A stretch of DNA of 64,000 nt from Leptogorgia sarmentosa (Eukaryota): contig OZ210885.1 in the NCBI GenBank assembly GCA_964658305.1, forward strand, positions 6,882,001-6,946,000, in the 5' to 3' direction. This document shows positions 44,174-56,711 of this stretch, piece after piece. Both the position numbers and the translations under genes were made by a program. The first letter of the stretch is position 1, and each line of letters begins with the position of its first letter. The notes under the pieces were generated by a model. It saw only the letters and a list, made by a program, of their open reading frames with translations, did no database searches and was not told the origin of the DNA.

Positions 44174-44244
44174 TGCGTTAGCGGGGAATCGAACCCCGGT
44201 CTCCCGCGTGGCAGGCGAGAATTCTACCACTGAACCACCAACGC
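44174..44244 (-). tRNA. tRNA-Gly(GCC)
   Basis: Intact cloverleaf. Confidence 0.92.
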
Positions 44245-45840
44245 AAAGCTGCCCAATTCTTTCGTTAGAATGTTCATATTCCACAAGTTGCCGAACTTTT
44301 GCATCAAACATTATGTTCTCAACAGCTCGCTAAATGCAAGGAAGAAAAAACGAGAGAATTTATTATACATTTAATATGTATTCTCGATGTTCATTTGTCA
44401 AAAAGCACCTGCTAATTCTCAATATTCCATATTCAACTGCGCCGTAGCTAGAGGGTTGATTGAGTCGGGGGGGGGGGGGGGTCTACTCACATATTCGTGT
44501 TCAGTGCCACTACTCCTAGATTTACGAAAAAATTATGCAGTAGGCCGTCCCTTTCACGCTTTGCTTGAATAGTTACGTCAACGAACTGGCAAATAAGTGT
44601 AACGCCATGGTAGTCTACGCTCTTCAAGTTAAATTTTTAAATTCATTAAATTTTTCCAAATAAAAAAATCAATTTAGCTTTTTGCTATTTAAAATCTTTT
44701 AACAGGCAAGCAGTATAGCGCACGTAGCTGCCACATTTCAAATTCATGCAATTAGTAGAACCGATCGGTCGTCACTGTTGTGGAAATGTACTACTCTGTA
44801 AAAAGTTGTAAAAATGCTATATGAAAGACTTGAACGGTTGAACATGTGTAATTTCGAGTTGACAATCTTCAATGGACCGATTGCTTGATAGACAAGTTTT
44901 TTAAAAATCTCGAAATAGTATAATTCATAGCAACAGCGTTTAAGAGCATCTCAAAATTAGTAAAAATATAAAGTTTGGGAGCTAAATGTTCTAAAATGTG
45001 CAAGATATGACCCTATAAAGTTTGCAATTTTTGTGTATTTTAATATTATGCACGGCAAATTGTACCCATGTCGAGAAAAGGATTAAAGGATATCAATTTT
45101 GGATGCGTAATACTAAAATATATAAAATTTGCAAACTTCACAGGAGTATATTTTCCCCATTTTACAACATTTTGCAATTTTGGGATGCTCTTTAACGCTG
45201 TTATTATGAATTGTACTATTTCAAACTTTTTAGAAAATTTGTCTATTAAACAATCGGTCCGTTAAACTTAATTTATTTGATGATTGTTATGTATTCGAAT
45301 ATTTTAAAATATGCAAGTCAATTTATGAGCGGAGTTCTCTGTCAGGACTCAGGCACAATTTCATGCCGTCCTGTTTATATTTAACAATAGACCGGCCTTA
45401 ACACGATTATAAAGATTTTATCTCCGTTGCCCATCGTGTATAGAATTGTTGAAAATAATATTTTTCATGTCTGAACTATAGCATGTGAATTTGTTTTCAT
45501 TCGTATATATACTACTTTGTTTCTCACGGTCCTTTCATATTCTGAACTACGAGATATTATCAATTATATATATTAATCCTTATTTAAAAGTTTTAATTAA
45601 AAAGGCCGACCGTTGCTATAGTCGGCACTGTGTCCTGACAAGCATGTTGAGAAATATTTGAAATGGGAAACGCAGTTTTAGGCATTGCTAGAGTTAGTAT
45701 TGATACTACAAGAAGAAAACCTAAACTATCTTTTCCTTTCTATTGAGTACCCTATCATTGTTTATTACTCTTAGATGAAAAGTGACACAGCAAGATTATA
45801 AACACATTTCAACTTTATTATATAATTATTCCTAGGGGAT

Positions 45841-46131
45841 ATATGATCCCACTTAGGGATTAAATGAAGCGTTAAATGATTTTGAGGTATTGAAATGAGT
45901 CATTTTGTGAAACGAAACAACCAAAGTTAGATCATTTCTGACTCTGGTCAATAGAAAAGATAAATTTTACCACCAAGTATCAATGCCCAACAGCATTTTT
46001 ATTATCTGTTTGACATTGAAGCAGAACAAAATCTCAAGCAATCAGGAATTCAATACTGTCTTCAAGTCATAAACTTCAATACCTCAAAATCATTTAACGC
46101 CTCGTTAAATCCCGGGTAAGCGGGATCATAT
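45841..46131. mobile_element. MITE upstream of gene 1; absent from the paralogous upstream region of gene 2
   Basis: TIRs ATATGATCCCACTTA..GCGTTAAATGATTTTGAGGTATTGAA / TTCAATACCTCAAAATCATTTAACGC..GGGATCATAT. Confidence 0.7.
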
Positions 46132-46384
46132 CAAACAGCCTCTTACAGTATATCATGCAGGTGTTTAGAACTGCGATAAAATAATAAAATATTATTGCTG
46201 GAATAAAACATCTGCATAACAGACGAAGATGTTACCAAAGTCTTGAATCATTGTCAAGCACCTTTTTGCTCAAAGCACTTTACGTCAAGAACTCCGCAAG
46301 TCCGTCCACGTTTTTCAAGAGTATAAAGAGCTTCTTATTACCTCATCGAGACAAGAAATATTTGGGAATTATAAATGTTTGAAA

Positions 46385-49300
46385 ATGAATTTCCCTGCAT
46401 TGTTACTGGTGACATTTTCAACGTCCACTGCCCTGGGAACTGTCTTCAAAGACGAAAAGTCATGTACTTGGAGACATTTCATGAAAACCAGCTTAGGTAA
46501 CTATTCTTCATATGGTTTTAACTTTCCTATGCTTTGCACTAAAGACCAAGTCAACCTGGCGGGTATTATAGATCCAGCGGCTAAATTGCACTTATAGTAT
46601 GGGCGTAATAATGAAGGTGACCTTCGGTGGTAGAATGTTTCTGTGGACGAAATTCAAGTCCAATCGGTCGGGATGTTGGGCATATTTGACTTAACTAAAA
46701 AAATCATTAAAGTACTGCTATGTCAATTACTGAGCAGAAAGGGGGTCTTTTTTGCAAACGAGATTTCTAGATAACAATTTATTATAATAGCGCGGAATAA
46801 CTTTGTGACTGCTATAAATAAATATGTTTCATACATATATGTTTGTCGCGAATCTTATTTTTAAGCTCACTATCGAGATCAGGGCGTTATTATTATTTAA
46901 TATATGGCAAGCATTTGTTTTGGCGAATGGCGCAATCTGATTGGCTGCTTACTCGGCAGGATTTTCACGCAATTTTTTATATTTGCCCTATAGGAAAACA
47001 ATCACAAAAAACTTTCAAATTCAATGAAATTTTATTTATTTAAGTAAAAAAGTGTTAAAATGAGCGACGAAATAAGTTAAAAACATGTTTGAACATTCTG
47101 TTCTTTTTTTTGGTAGCCAATAACATTTTAGAGAACAATTTTTGCGACCGTGCAGTATCCTCCAGTACGGATCTCACACTCAGTCAATGAAATATATGTA
47201 TGTCCAGAAAGTTTGGTATTGAATTCTCGAATATCAGTTGTAGCAAAACTACACAGCTTTATTCTTTTTATATATAACTCTACCAATTCAAATGTGTTTG
47301 CTTCAGGGGCGCACGTACGTCAGGCATGAATGTCGAGTCAACACACTCCCTTAATTCAAAAGATTGAAAATTTCAATCTTCAACAGTTTGAAAAAGAAAT
47401 CAGTCTACTATATATTATTGAATTTAGAGTGAAAAATACTGTCAGTGGATAAAGACGACTGAGAACCATTTCAATCTTTGTAAAGATTAAAAATTTTAAG
47501 TCAATCATATTGCTCAAACTTCGCGTGTGCGGCAATAGCAGAATAAGCTTCTTTGAATCGAAAATCGATTGAAATTTGATTGAAAAGTCACTCTTTTAGA
47601 TTGATTTTTTTTCAATCTCCCATAGAATTGATTTTCAATAGAAAAAGTTTGGTCCGTAAAAACAATCCTAAAGAGATTGTTCTTACGGATAAATAAATTG
47701 AATTTTCAATCGTTGGAATTTAGAGAGCAGCGTTTTTGTTCTTTGTCAGGAAACCAAGCACTTGGTCCATCAAACTTGATCTCAAGTCACAACGTTCATC
47801 TTTTGGCAGAATGTCATCTTCTCTGTGTAAATGCAAGTAATTGCTACGGTTATAACTTCAGAGTCAGACCTAGCAGTGTTAATACAGCCAACTGCCAGTT
47901 GAGTAACAGCTCCGTGAAAATGAACGGTACAGAGATGAGAAATGGGACTTGGATTTTCTACGAGGATGTTTTGGTAAGAATATATCAGTGAATCAAGACA
48001 TATTTATTCAGCCGAGACGATTTTGAGCATAGGCATTTTGCTTGCTTACGCAAGGAAACAGTAATCAACTGAATTTTCCGTAGTTGTTTGAAAATACTAG
48101 TAGCAAGCTATGACAAATAGTCTGCTCAGCCAATCAAAATGAAGATTTCGCAATAGCATAGTACAAAAAAAATCACGCGTGAGATTAATTAGTAGAGCAA
48201 AAAAACTTTTCGAGCTACGTCCTTCAAATAAGAGTTACTGTATCTAAAGAGGAATAACTCATGTTGTGATAGGTAAAAAATTTTGATAGAATATTAATAG
48301 ATGTATCCAAGTTTCAATTCCAACTAGCATTTATTGCAATGCCTAAAACTAGCATAGTGTGGTCAACTGAACATGTAACTTGAACACATTGCTTATATTT
48401 ATTTATCTAGAAATTGTTAAGCAGAAAATAAATAACAGACCCAAACATATCTATGCACAAAAGCGTGCACCCCCATATTTGGGCTCTGACCGTATTTCAT
48501 GCCTCAGTGTGTAGCTACTAAAAATTCTTACGCAAAATTCTATCACATTGTAGGTCACTGAAGGTAAGCGAAAATTATGAATTACTGAGGACTCCTTCCA
48601 CAAAGGTAAATACGTGACGCTCGACATATAACCACATGAGACTGACATCTAATTTTGTGAATACAATTGCTTTTTATTGCGTTCCTTTTATCAATCATAA
48701 AAGTTTCGATTCAAACTACATCAAGCGGGGCGACATAGAGTGCCCTGGCTTGTTCCAATAACCAAAAAGGGTACTGTTTTGATACTCTATTTTGAGCTTT
48801 TTAATCATTGTTTCATGTTTCAGCTGCCTAGCTGAGTTTTGGGCAGTGACCTCTAAAGGCCCGTTTACACTTGCAACTTTCACTGCAATTTTTAGTGCGA
48901 TTTTCTGCTTTTGACGGATGTGAATGAGTGAACCAGTCACGAATGTTCACGACGGAGACATGCACTCAGCACATTCGTTGTTAATCCGCTCATTCACATC
49001 CATCAAAGGGAGAAAATCGTATTGGAAATCGCCGCAAAAATCGCAAGTGTAAACGAGCCTTAAGTTCACTCGCTCTTTGGCCGGATTCTATCTCCCATAC
49101 TTCAATTATTTCAGACATTGACGAATGCTCACAGGATAGCCACAGATGTCATTTCAATGGAGCATGTATCAACACTCCAGGTTCTTACGACTGTCAGTGT
49201 AGAAATGGATACACAGGAAATGGCCGCACTTGCACAGGTATTGGCATATGATCAATATTTGTGATGGAAATGTAACTGGTTCCAATACTATAACGGAACA

Positions 49301-52225
49301 CGATGTATTATAACCGAAGCTACCTTTCTGACGGCATAATCTTAAATCAAAGAATGAGCTCGCTGATTTTTGTTATTCCGTTAGATATTGACGAATGTCT
49401 GGACAAGTCCAATCATTGCGACCCGAATGCAAACTGCACAAATACTGACGGTTCATACAAATGTAAATGCTCTCAAGGTTACCGAGGAAATGGACAGAAT
49501 TGTACAGGTAACTATTTTGGCATCTTCGGCGAAGTTCCGCTAAAAATTGAAACTGTCAAACAGCAAATGTAGGATTTCAATTTTTAAAATTTTTCAGACA
49601 TTGACGAATGTTCTGAAGGCAGCCATGGCTGTCACGCTGACGCAACCTGTAACAACACTCAAGGATCATACAACTGCACATGTCCCAGTGGAAAATATTG
49701 CCAGAACCTCAAAGGTGATTTATTTCGTCGTGAAACGATGTATTTCAGTTTTGTTTGGTGTGACGTGTAGAGTGTGGAGACCAGAGGCGAAGCTAGCCCG
49801 AAAATTTGGTTATGTTCATTCCTCTAGAACTTGATTGTTTTCGCGGTATTTAAGGCTTTGTTACACAACGGATTCTTACAACTTGCAAACCACGTTTACT
49901 GTTGAGAGATGTGAAATTAGCTAATGTCTTCGCTAGATTTTATTTAGGAATTTTTTACAATACAAACAGCCTTCACTATTATTGACTTCTTGCAACTGCG
50001 TCGCAAGTTGCAAGAAATATTGCAACGTGTGACAGGGCATTTAAACGCACAAAAAATTGCATACCATGACCAAATCGTCGGTCTGCACGGCTTCACAACT
50101 AGCGGAGATGTGTTTTCATGTCTACAATGATTAATTTGACCCTATACAAAAGTAATATATCAATCAACAGTAGCGCTGGAAGGTTGACGATGGGTAAATC
50201 GGCAAAATGGGGGGGGGGGGGGCAGATTTATGTATACTCCTGTTTACAGACCTTGAAAACAATTGATTTCAATAGAAATTAGTAAAGCAAAAAAAGGAAT
50301 GCACGAATATGATCCCCTCCCCCGCGAATTATCGATCTTCCGCCACTACTGTTAAACTAATGTTAATGTTTTACTATAAGGGCTGTAGCTAGAGCTAGTT
50401 CTTTTGAAATCAGTTGTTATTAATTTTAAAAGAAATCCGTATGTTGTCGTACGTCAACATCGACATCAACACATGAACATAAATCCCCCTCAAAGAAAAC
50501 TAACTATCAATTCCTATTCGACATTGTTCGATTAAATTTATATTCACCTAGACGTGTCAGAGATATTGAAAAATGAAACAAACGAATTCGAAAATAAGTT
50601 GAAAGAATGGTTGCCAAGAGCAGGATATTGGAGCATTTGTTGGCGAGCAACACGCGATGGTTGGGCTGGCAGTACATTTCATTCAAGATGCGATGGAAAA
50701 TCACCGACCTTAACTATTGTTCAAGTTATCAACAACAATAAAACGTACGTTTTTGGTGGTTATGCTACTGTGCCGTGGAATACTCACAGTAAGTTTGATT
50801 AATCACTCCATCATTTCGCCGCTGCCGCAGAAAATAATGCTATGTGGGGTGCTATTATCCCGCTATTTGAAATATTTTGTGAAATAAAACTCGGCTGCTA
50901 TATATTGCTTTGGCTTTTTAAAATAGAACTTGACGCTCGAAATATCCTTGTTTATATTTGTGTTTTTTAAAGCCAGTTACGTTCTTGTTTTCGATAAACT
51001 TCTGGTTTATTTTGTGTCTGTATTTCGGAAAGAGGAAAGAGTTATCAAACCTAGGCCTCATTAGATTTACTATATACATGCAGGATGTATAAAAGTCAAC
51101 TGCCATAGTTTCGTTTTTCGCTCAATTTAAATCTTGTTCTTTCATGCATCTTGCGAACGAAGGTCCGGTTTTTATGCAAATTTCAGCCGTTGAACAAAGA
51201 CCTCAACGGGTAGTACCCATGTTCTCAATTGAGAAATATCGGGTACTATCCGTTGAGGTCTTTGTTTAACGGGTGCAAATTTTGGGCTAAAACTAATCGA
51301 AGCAGATTATTCCCGTTACTAGCATTTCGGAGCGCATTGCATTGTGGCTTTAGTAGTATCATGCATATTTAAGGCAAGAGGTTTGATGAAAATAGTCAAC
51401 AATTCAGCAAAAATGTTACTGTTGTCCATCCTATACACCTGACCGTAGCTTTTCCAAGAGATTTTGAACGTTTCACCGCATAAATGAGTCACTGAATATC
51501 AGTGATACCACTAAAACCACAATGCAACGCACTCCAAACTATCAATAAGGGGAATCATCTATTAAGTAAGTACAAGCGCTCGTTTTCAGATACTTCAAAA
51601 TATTAATGGACTTAGTTAAACGTAGTTTGCGAGCATTCACAATGCTGTTGTTTAAAACTTCAAAACACCATTCATCATGCCACAGCTAACAATTCCGAAA
51701 AGAACATTCATTCTTGAAAACTAGAGCCATATTCACTTGGAAACTTACACTTCTTGTGAATGACTCCTTATACACCCTGCATACGACACTTCGCTGCCCG
51801 AGTAATCGCATATATATAGTACGTTAAGAACCATTTTAATAAAGCGATAGTTCGTAAGTTTGAGATAAATCAATATTTTATTGCTGACAGGGTTTATTTT
51901 TACAGGTGGTTATGGATCTGCTCCAGGATCATTTTTGTTTTCCCTGCGCAATAAAGACGACCTTCCGTCATTCAAGGCTCCGCTGAAAAGCGTGGACAGC
52001 GGGCACGCACTTTACTGCCACATGACACATGGACCAACATTTGGTGGTGGTCACGACCTGTGCATTACCAACTATGCGAAATCAAACACCAACTCCTACA
52101 CGAATTTTGGTTACACCTACCAAGCTCCACCTGGATACACTTACGGCCAAACTAACACACAATCCCTCCTGGCAGGAAGCTATCACTTCACTCCATCAGA
52201 AGTTGAAGTGTTATATTTAAAATAA
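46385..52225 (+). CDS. Gene 1: secreted PAN/Apple - 3x calcium-binding EGF - TLDc protein. Exons 46385-46496, 47750-47973, 48554-48563, 49115-49237, 49385-49507, 49598-49714, 50552-50788, 51906-52225
   Basis: Signal peptide [21 protein letters not shown]....C.GYNF...CQL PAN motif; DIDEC EGF exons; TLDc motifs. All junctions are GT-AG and phase-compatible. TATA-like GTATAAAG at ~46321. Confidence 0.88.
48857..49060. mobile_element. PIF/Harbinger MITE (intronic)
   Basis: TIRs AGGCCCGTTTACACTTGC / GCAAGTGTAAACGAGCCT, TSD TAA. Confidence 0.8.
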
Positions 52226-53932
52226 AAACCTACTTGTTGTACTACTCCATAAAGTAAATAATTTTACAAATAAGAATGAGATACTGTAAATCAGCGGCGC
52301 AGGCGTGTAAATGCCGTTTGGAAATGGAAACAAATGCTATTATTATACATTTAATATTTATTCTCGTTCCTGATTGGTCAGAAAGCACCGGCTAATTCTC
52401 AGTATTCGGTATTTATTACGTATTTTCCGCCCATGACGTCATCAGCGTTCAATAATTATTTTTTTGGATCGAACTTGCATCCAAAAAAATATTATTGGAC
52501 TCTCTCGTGCCCAGGCCCTAGTGCTGTCAAAAGCTTGAAGGTAAAAGCGCGCGAAAAAAACAAACAAACAAACAATGGCCTGCAGCAGATTTGCTTCGCT
52601 GAATGAAAGTGAACTCTCTTTTAAATGTATAATAAAACAATTATTGGATTCGGCTTTCGCATGATGTCAAGAATTATTCAGACCTCGGTCAATGTTATCC
52701 GCCTCAGCTTCGCTTCGGCAGATAACATTGACCTCGGTCTGAATAATTCTTGATATCATGCTCATCCAATAATTGTTTATTGTTGGCTTTATTGCAATAT
52801 TGTTGGATAAATATTACTCATGAATAAACTTCGTTTAATCGTTTTATTATATATCTACGTGATGAATATTGGATTCGGTTTCGCATGATACCAAAAGTCG
52901 TTGTCCCGAACATAGCTTTTCGGTCAAACTAATTTCGGACGAATGTACCCCACGGCTGGAAATATCAAATCCTCATATTCAAACATAACTCGCTAGGAAT
53001 TGAATGTCTGTCAACTTCAGGTATTAGCGACAAACCGGCAATATATTTATTAATGTCGCTTAAAAACTTTGGGAAATTAAATAAACGATATACAAATTAT
53101 ACAAACGATAGGTTTATTCAATAAATTTGCTTAATTGTTAAAAAAATTGCTTCAAGCCATTAAATGTCCAACGTGAAATGATCATGAGCACAAAAATTTA
53201 TAGCCACTCAGGTTTTAGTAATTTTGCCCTCCTTATGCATGATTAGATCTGAAATGAAGTGCGTGATTAGAAAATTTCACAACTATACTCCCTATACTCC
53301 CCATGTCCTCACTAGTGAAGATATAAATCACGTGATCATTTCCCGCGAATAAATTTATTTTAAATTAAATTTGTTTGTCTAAGAGCGGCGATTGCCGGCG
53401 AACCACTTTTAATCTTTGTTCAAAGAAAAAACAACATGTTTTTGTCGAGAAAATGAAAATATTACGAGAAATACTAAACTGATGCCCAGGTATTCTTTGC
53501 ATTTAGATAATTTGATGTACCTATTTGATAAATTCAGTATTTTCGATCAAAAATTAATTTCACGACGTTTACGACTATAGCTACAATAAAAAGAAAATTA
53601 CACGGCGGTGCGAAGATATGGATTTTATCTTCCCGTGCTAAAATGATGTTTTACTCATTCGCTGCGCTCATTCGTAAAATACTGTTTTTGCCACTCGAAG
53701 ATAAAATTCATATTTTAGCACCGCCGTGTAATATCCTCTATTTATTCACTTTTAGCAACGTGTGCAGATAGGCTTGTAACTGATGATAAGGATGATTAGC
53801 TATATCTGCTTGGTTACGTCGAAACAAAACCGGTAAACGACTAAAATATTAGTCAGTTACAATCTTTGGCAAAATTATTTAAATTATTATAATGCGTATA
53901 CTCAATGCTACTGCTGTCAATCTATGCAATAC

Positions 53933-54084
53933 AGGGTGTCCCAATAAAGCCCCAAAAATTGTTAGAATTTCAATTTTCAGAATTTCTCATTTCATGCATT
54001 CTTGGGTTGAATTAATCGTGCTAGGCATTGAATTCTAACAATAGATTATTTTCAATGGTGGCGTTTTTCTTGGGACACCTCTGT
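53933..54084. mobile_element. Tc1/mariner MITE
   Basis: TA-CAGGGTGTCCCAA...TTGGGACACCTCTG-TA. Confidence 0.65.
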
Positions 54085-54642
54085 AGAGTGAGGTGACCAC
54101 CACCGTCTACAGGCTAGTTTACACCAACAAATTTTATTTCACAAATTTTCTGTGACAAGTCTACTTGTTGAAAAACTGGCATGCCAGTTCTTAAACATTG
54201 AAGTACACTTGTCAATGAAAATTTTATCATTTTTTTTAATTCACACCAACAAATAAAAATTATCAAAGCCGAACTTGCCAAATAAACTTGTTGGTGTAAA
54301 TGAGGCTTACGAAGTTGAAACTAGTGACGCCGTTAATATTTCGCTAGAGTGTTTGAGTTAAAACTGTTAAAGCGCTGAACACCGGTAAATGAAAAATGTC
54401 CGACTGCGGTCTACTGAATCGATATTTGCAACGACGACCGTGTTTACACAACGCCATCTGCCATTCGGTCTTCGTACCACCACGGCAAAAGTGACGTTTT
54501 TGAGCCCCATTTTGTTATTCTTTTGCGCCGTTTTTAGATCAATGAGGAGTTGTCTAATTAAGTCAAGGTAGTCTAAATGTCGTGAAATGGCGACAGAACA
54601 TTATTAGATTAGACGATAGAACATATTAAGCACCGTTCTGTT

Positions 54643-54979
54643 CATAAGCGTACGGGCTGCAGTTTTTCAGGGGGGCAGCAAGATCTTTGCCCGAATTTGA
54701 GGGTGGGGAATGTCACGAGGCGCCACCATGGTTGGCGCCGAGCGAGAAATTTTTGAACTTTTACAACTTCTGGATTGCCGGAAACGGCGATTTCAGAGTC
54801 CTAACTCGACTTTCTAGGTACGTTCGTTCAGGTGAACGACTGGAGGATTGTTGACATTACCTTATTCCTCAGATTTTTACCCGAATTATGCTCAAAGTCA
54901 GTGCCCGAATTTTCCAATTTGAAATTTTTGGGGGGGGGGGCAGTTGCCCCCCTTGCCCCCCCCGCCCCGTACGCCTATG
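54643..54979. mobile_element. hAT-type MITE
   Basis: TIRs CATAAGCGTACGGG / CCCGTACGCCTATG, 8-bp TSD GTTCTGTT. Confidence 0.85.
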
Positions 54980-56711
54980 GTTCTGTTCAGACACTATACT
55001 TATAAAGGTATCGAATTTCGCACCTTGGCAACATAAATCCGTGACGCACGCACGGCAAATTAATGCACAATCAGTAACAATCGCACCCATACTCGTAGTT
55101 TATTGGTCAGAACAATTCACTAAGGTTTTAGATTACACTCGCACTCTGAACACACCTACACGTTTATAATGTTTTATGATTGTATATAGTTGAACGGGCT
55201 CGCGTAATGAGAGCTACTATATGTAATTAAAGAATATATGTTAGAAACTATTGTGTGATCGTCCGTCATTGCTCAGAACGTAACCTATTGAAAGAACCTC
55301 CGCTTACTGCTCTCGATTGTTGTTGAGAGGCAAACACACAACGCAAGAATACAAACGCATACAAACAAGAGACAATCGAGACACTAAAGTCTTCAGGTTA
55401 ATCTGGATGGAAATTTTTACCTAAAATTCATTATTTTTCTCCACATGAAAAAATCAGTTAACTTGTTGCTATGCTTTAAAATATTCAAACAGGTAAGCTA
55501 TTTCGTTGCAAGCAGTATATAGCTACACTTAGGTGGCATGAAATTCATACAGCTAGTAAAACCGATCAGTCACTGTTGTTGAGAAATTCACTTTGTAAAA
55601 AATTGTAAAAATGCTATATGTCAGACTAGAACGGTTGAACATGAGTAATTTCGAGTTGACAATCTTCAATTAAACTTAATTTATTTAATAAATTACATCA
55701 ATTACACAATTTGTCTTCATGTCTGGCCTCAAACATAAGTTCGGGTAAATATTTTAATGATTGTTATGTATTCGAATATTTTAAAACATAGCAATTCAAT
55801 TTATGAGCAGAGTTTGTCTGTCAAGCACAATCGTTTTGATCCTGTCCTGCATGTATGTATTTCACAACAAACTCCCTAAAACAGTTTATCTCCTCGATGA
55901 CTCGTTGTGTCAAGATAATGTGTTGAAAAGGACACTCATTCATATTTGAACGTAATGGATGTGAAATTCAGCATGTGAATCTGTGTTCATTCGTGTTTAT
56001 GTACTATTTCAGAAATACAAATTATAATCTATAATTAACCCTTATTCAAAAGATTTAATTAAAAAGACCGACTGTTGCTATAGTCGGCACTGTGTCCTGA
56101 CAAGCATGTTGAGAAATATTTAAAATGGGAAACGCAGTTTCAGGCATTGCTAGAGTTAGTATTGGAACCACAAGAAAACCATAACTATCTTTTCCTTTAT
56201 ATTGAGAATCCCTATTATTGTTTATTATTCTTACATGAAAGTGACACAGCAAAATTGACGATACATTTCAACCTGATTACATAATTATTCTTAGCAGCAT
56301 TCCGTGCAGGTGTTTGGAAATAAGGCAAATAATTATATTATTGCTGGAATAAAACATCTGCATAACGCAGCGACGACGTTAGCAAACTGTTCAATCTATT
56401 CCAAGCACTTCTCTCCAAGCACTTACGTCAAGAACTTCGCAGTCCATCCAAGTTTTTCAAGAGTATAAAAATAGCTCAGCTTATTGGGACGTCATCGAGA
56501 CAAGAAATAGGAATTCGAGGTTATACATTCAGGAATTCTAGATCAAGCATCGCAACACTTAAATCGGACAGTTTCGTAACATGGAAGGTTGAAGAGGTCA
56601 CGATTTATTCAGTTTTCTAAGAGTAAAAAAAAATAGCTCAGCATACTGAAACCTCATTGAGACAAGAAATATTTTGGTGAATCTAAATTTGAAATTCATC
56701 AGTTTTTGAAG

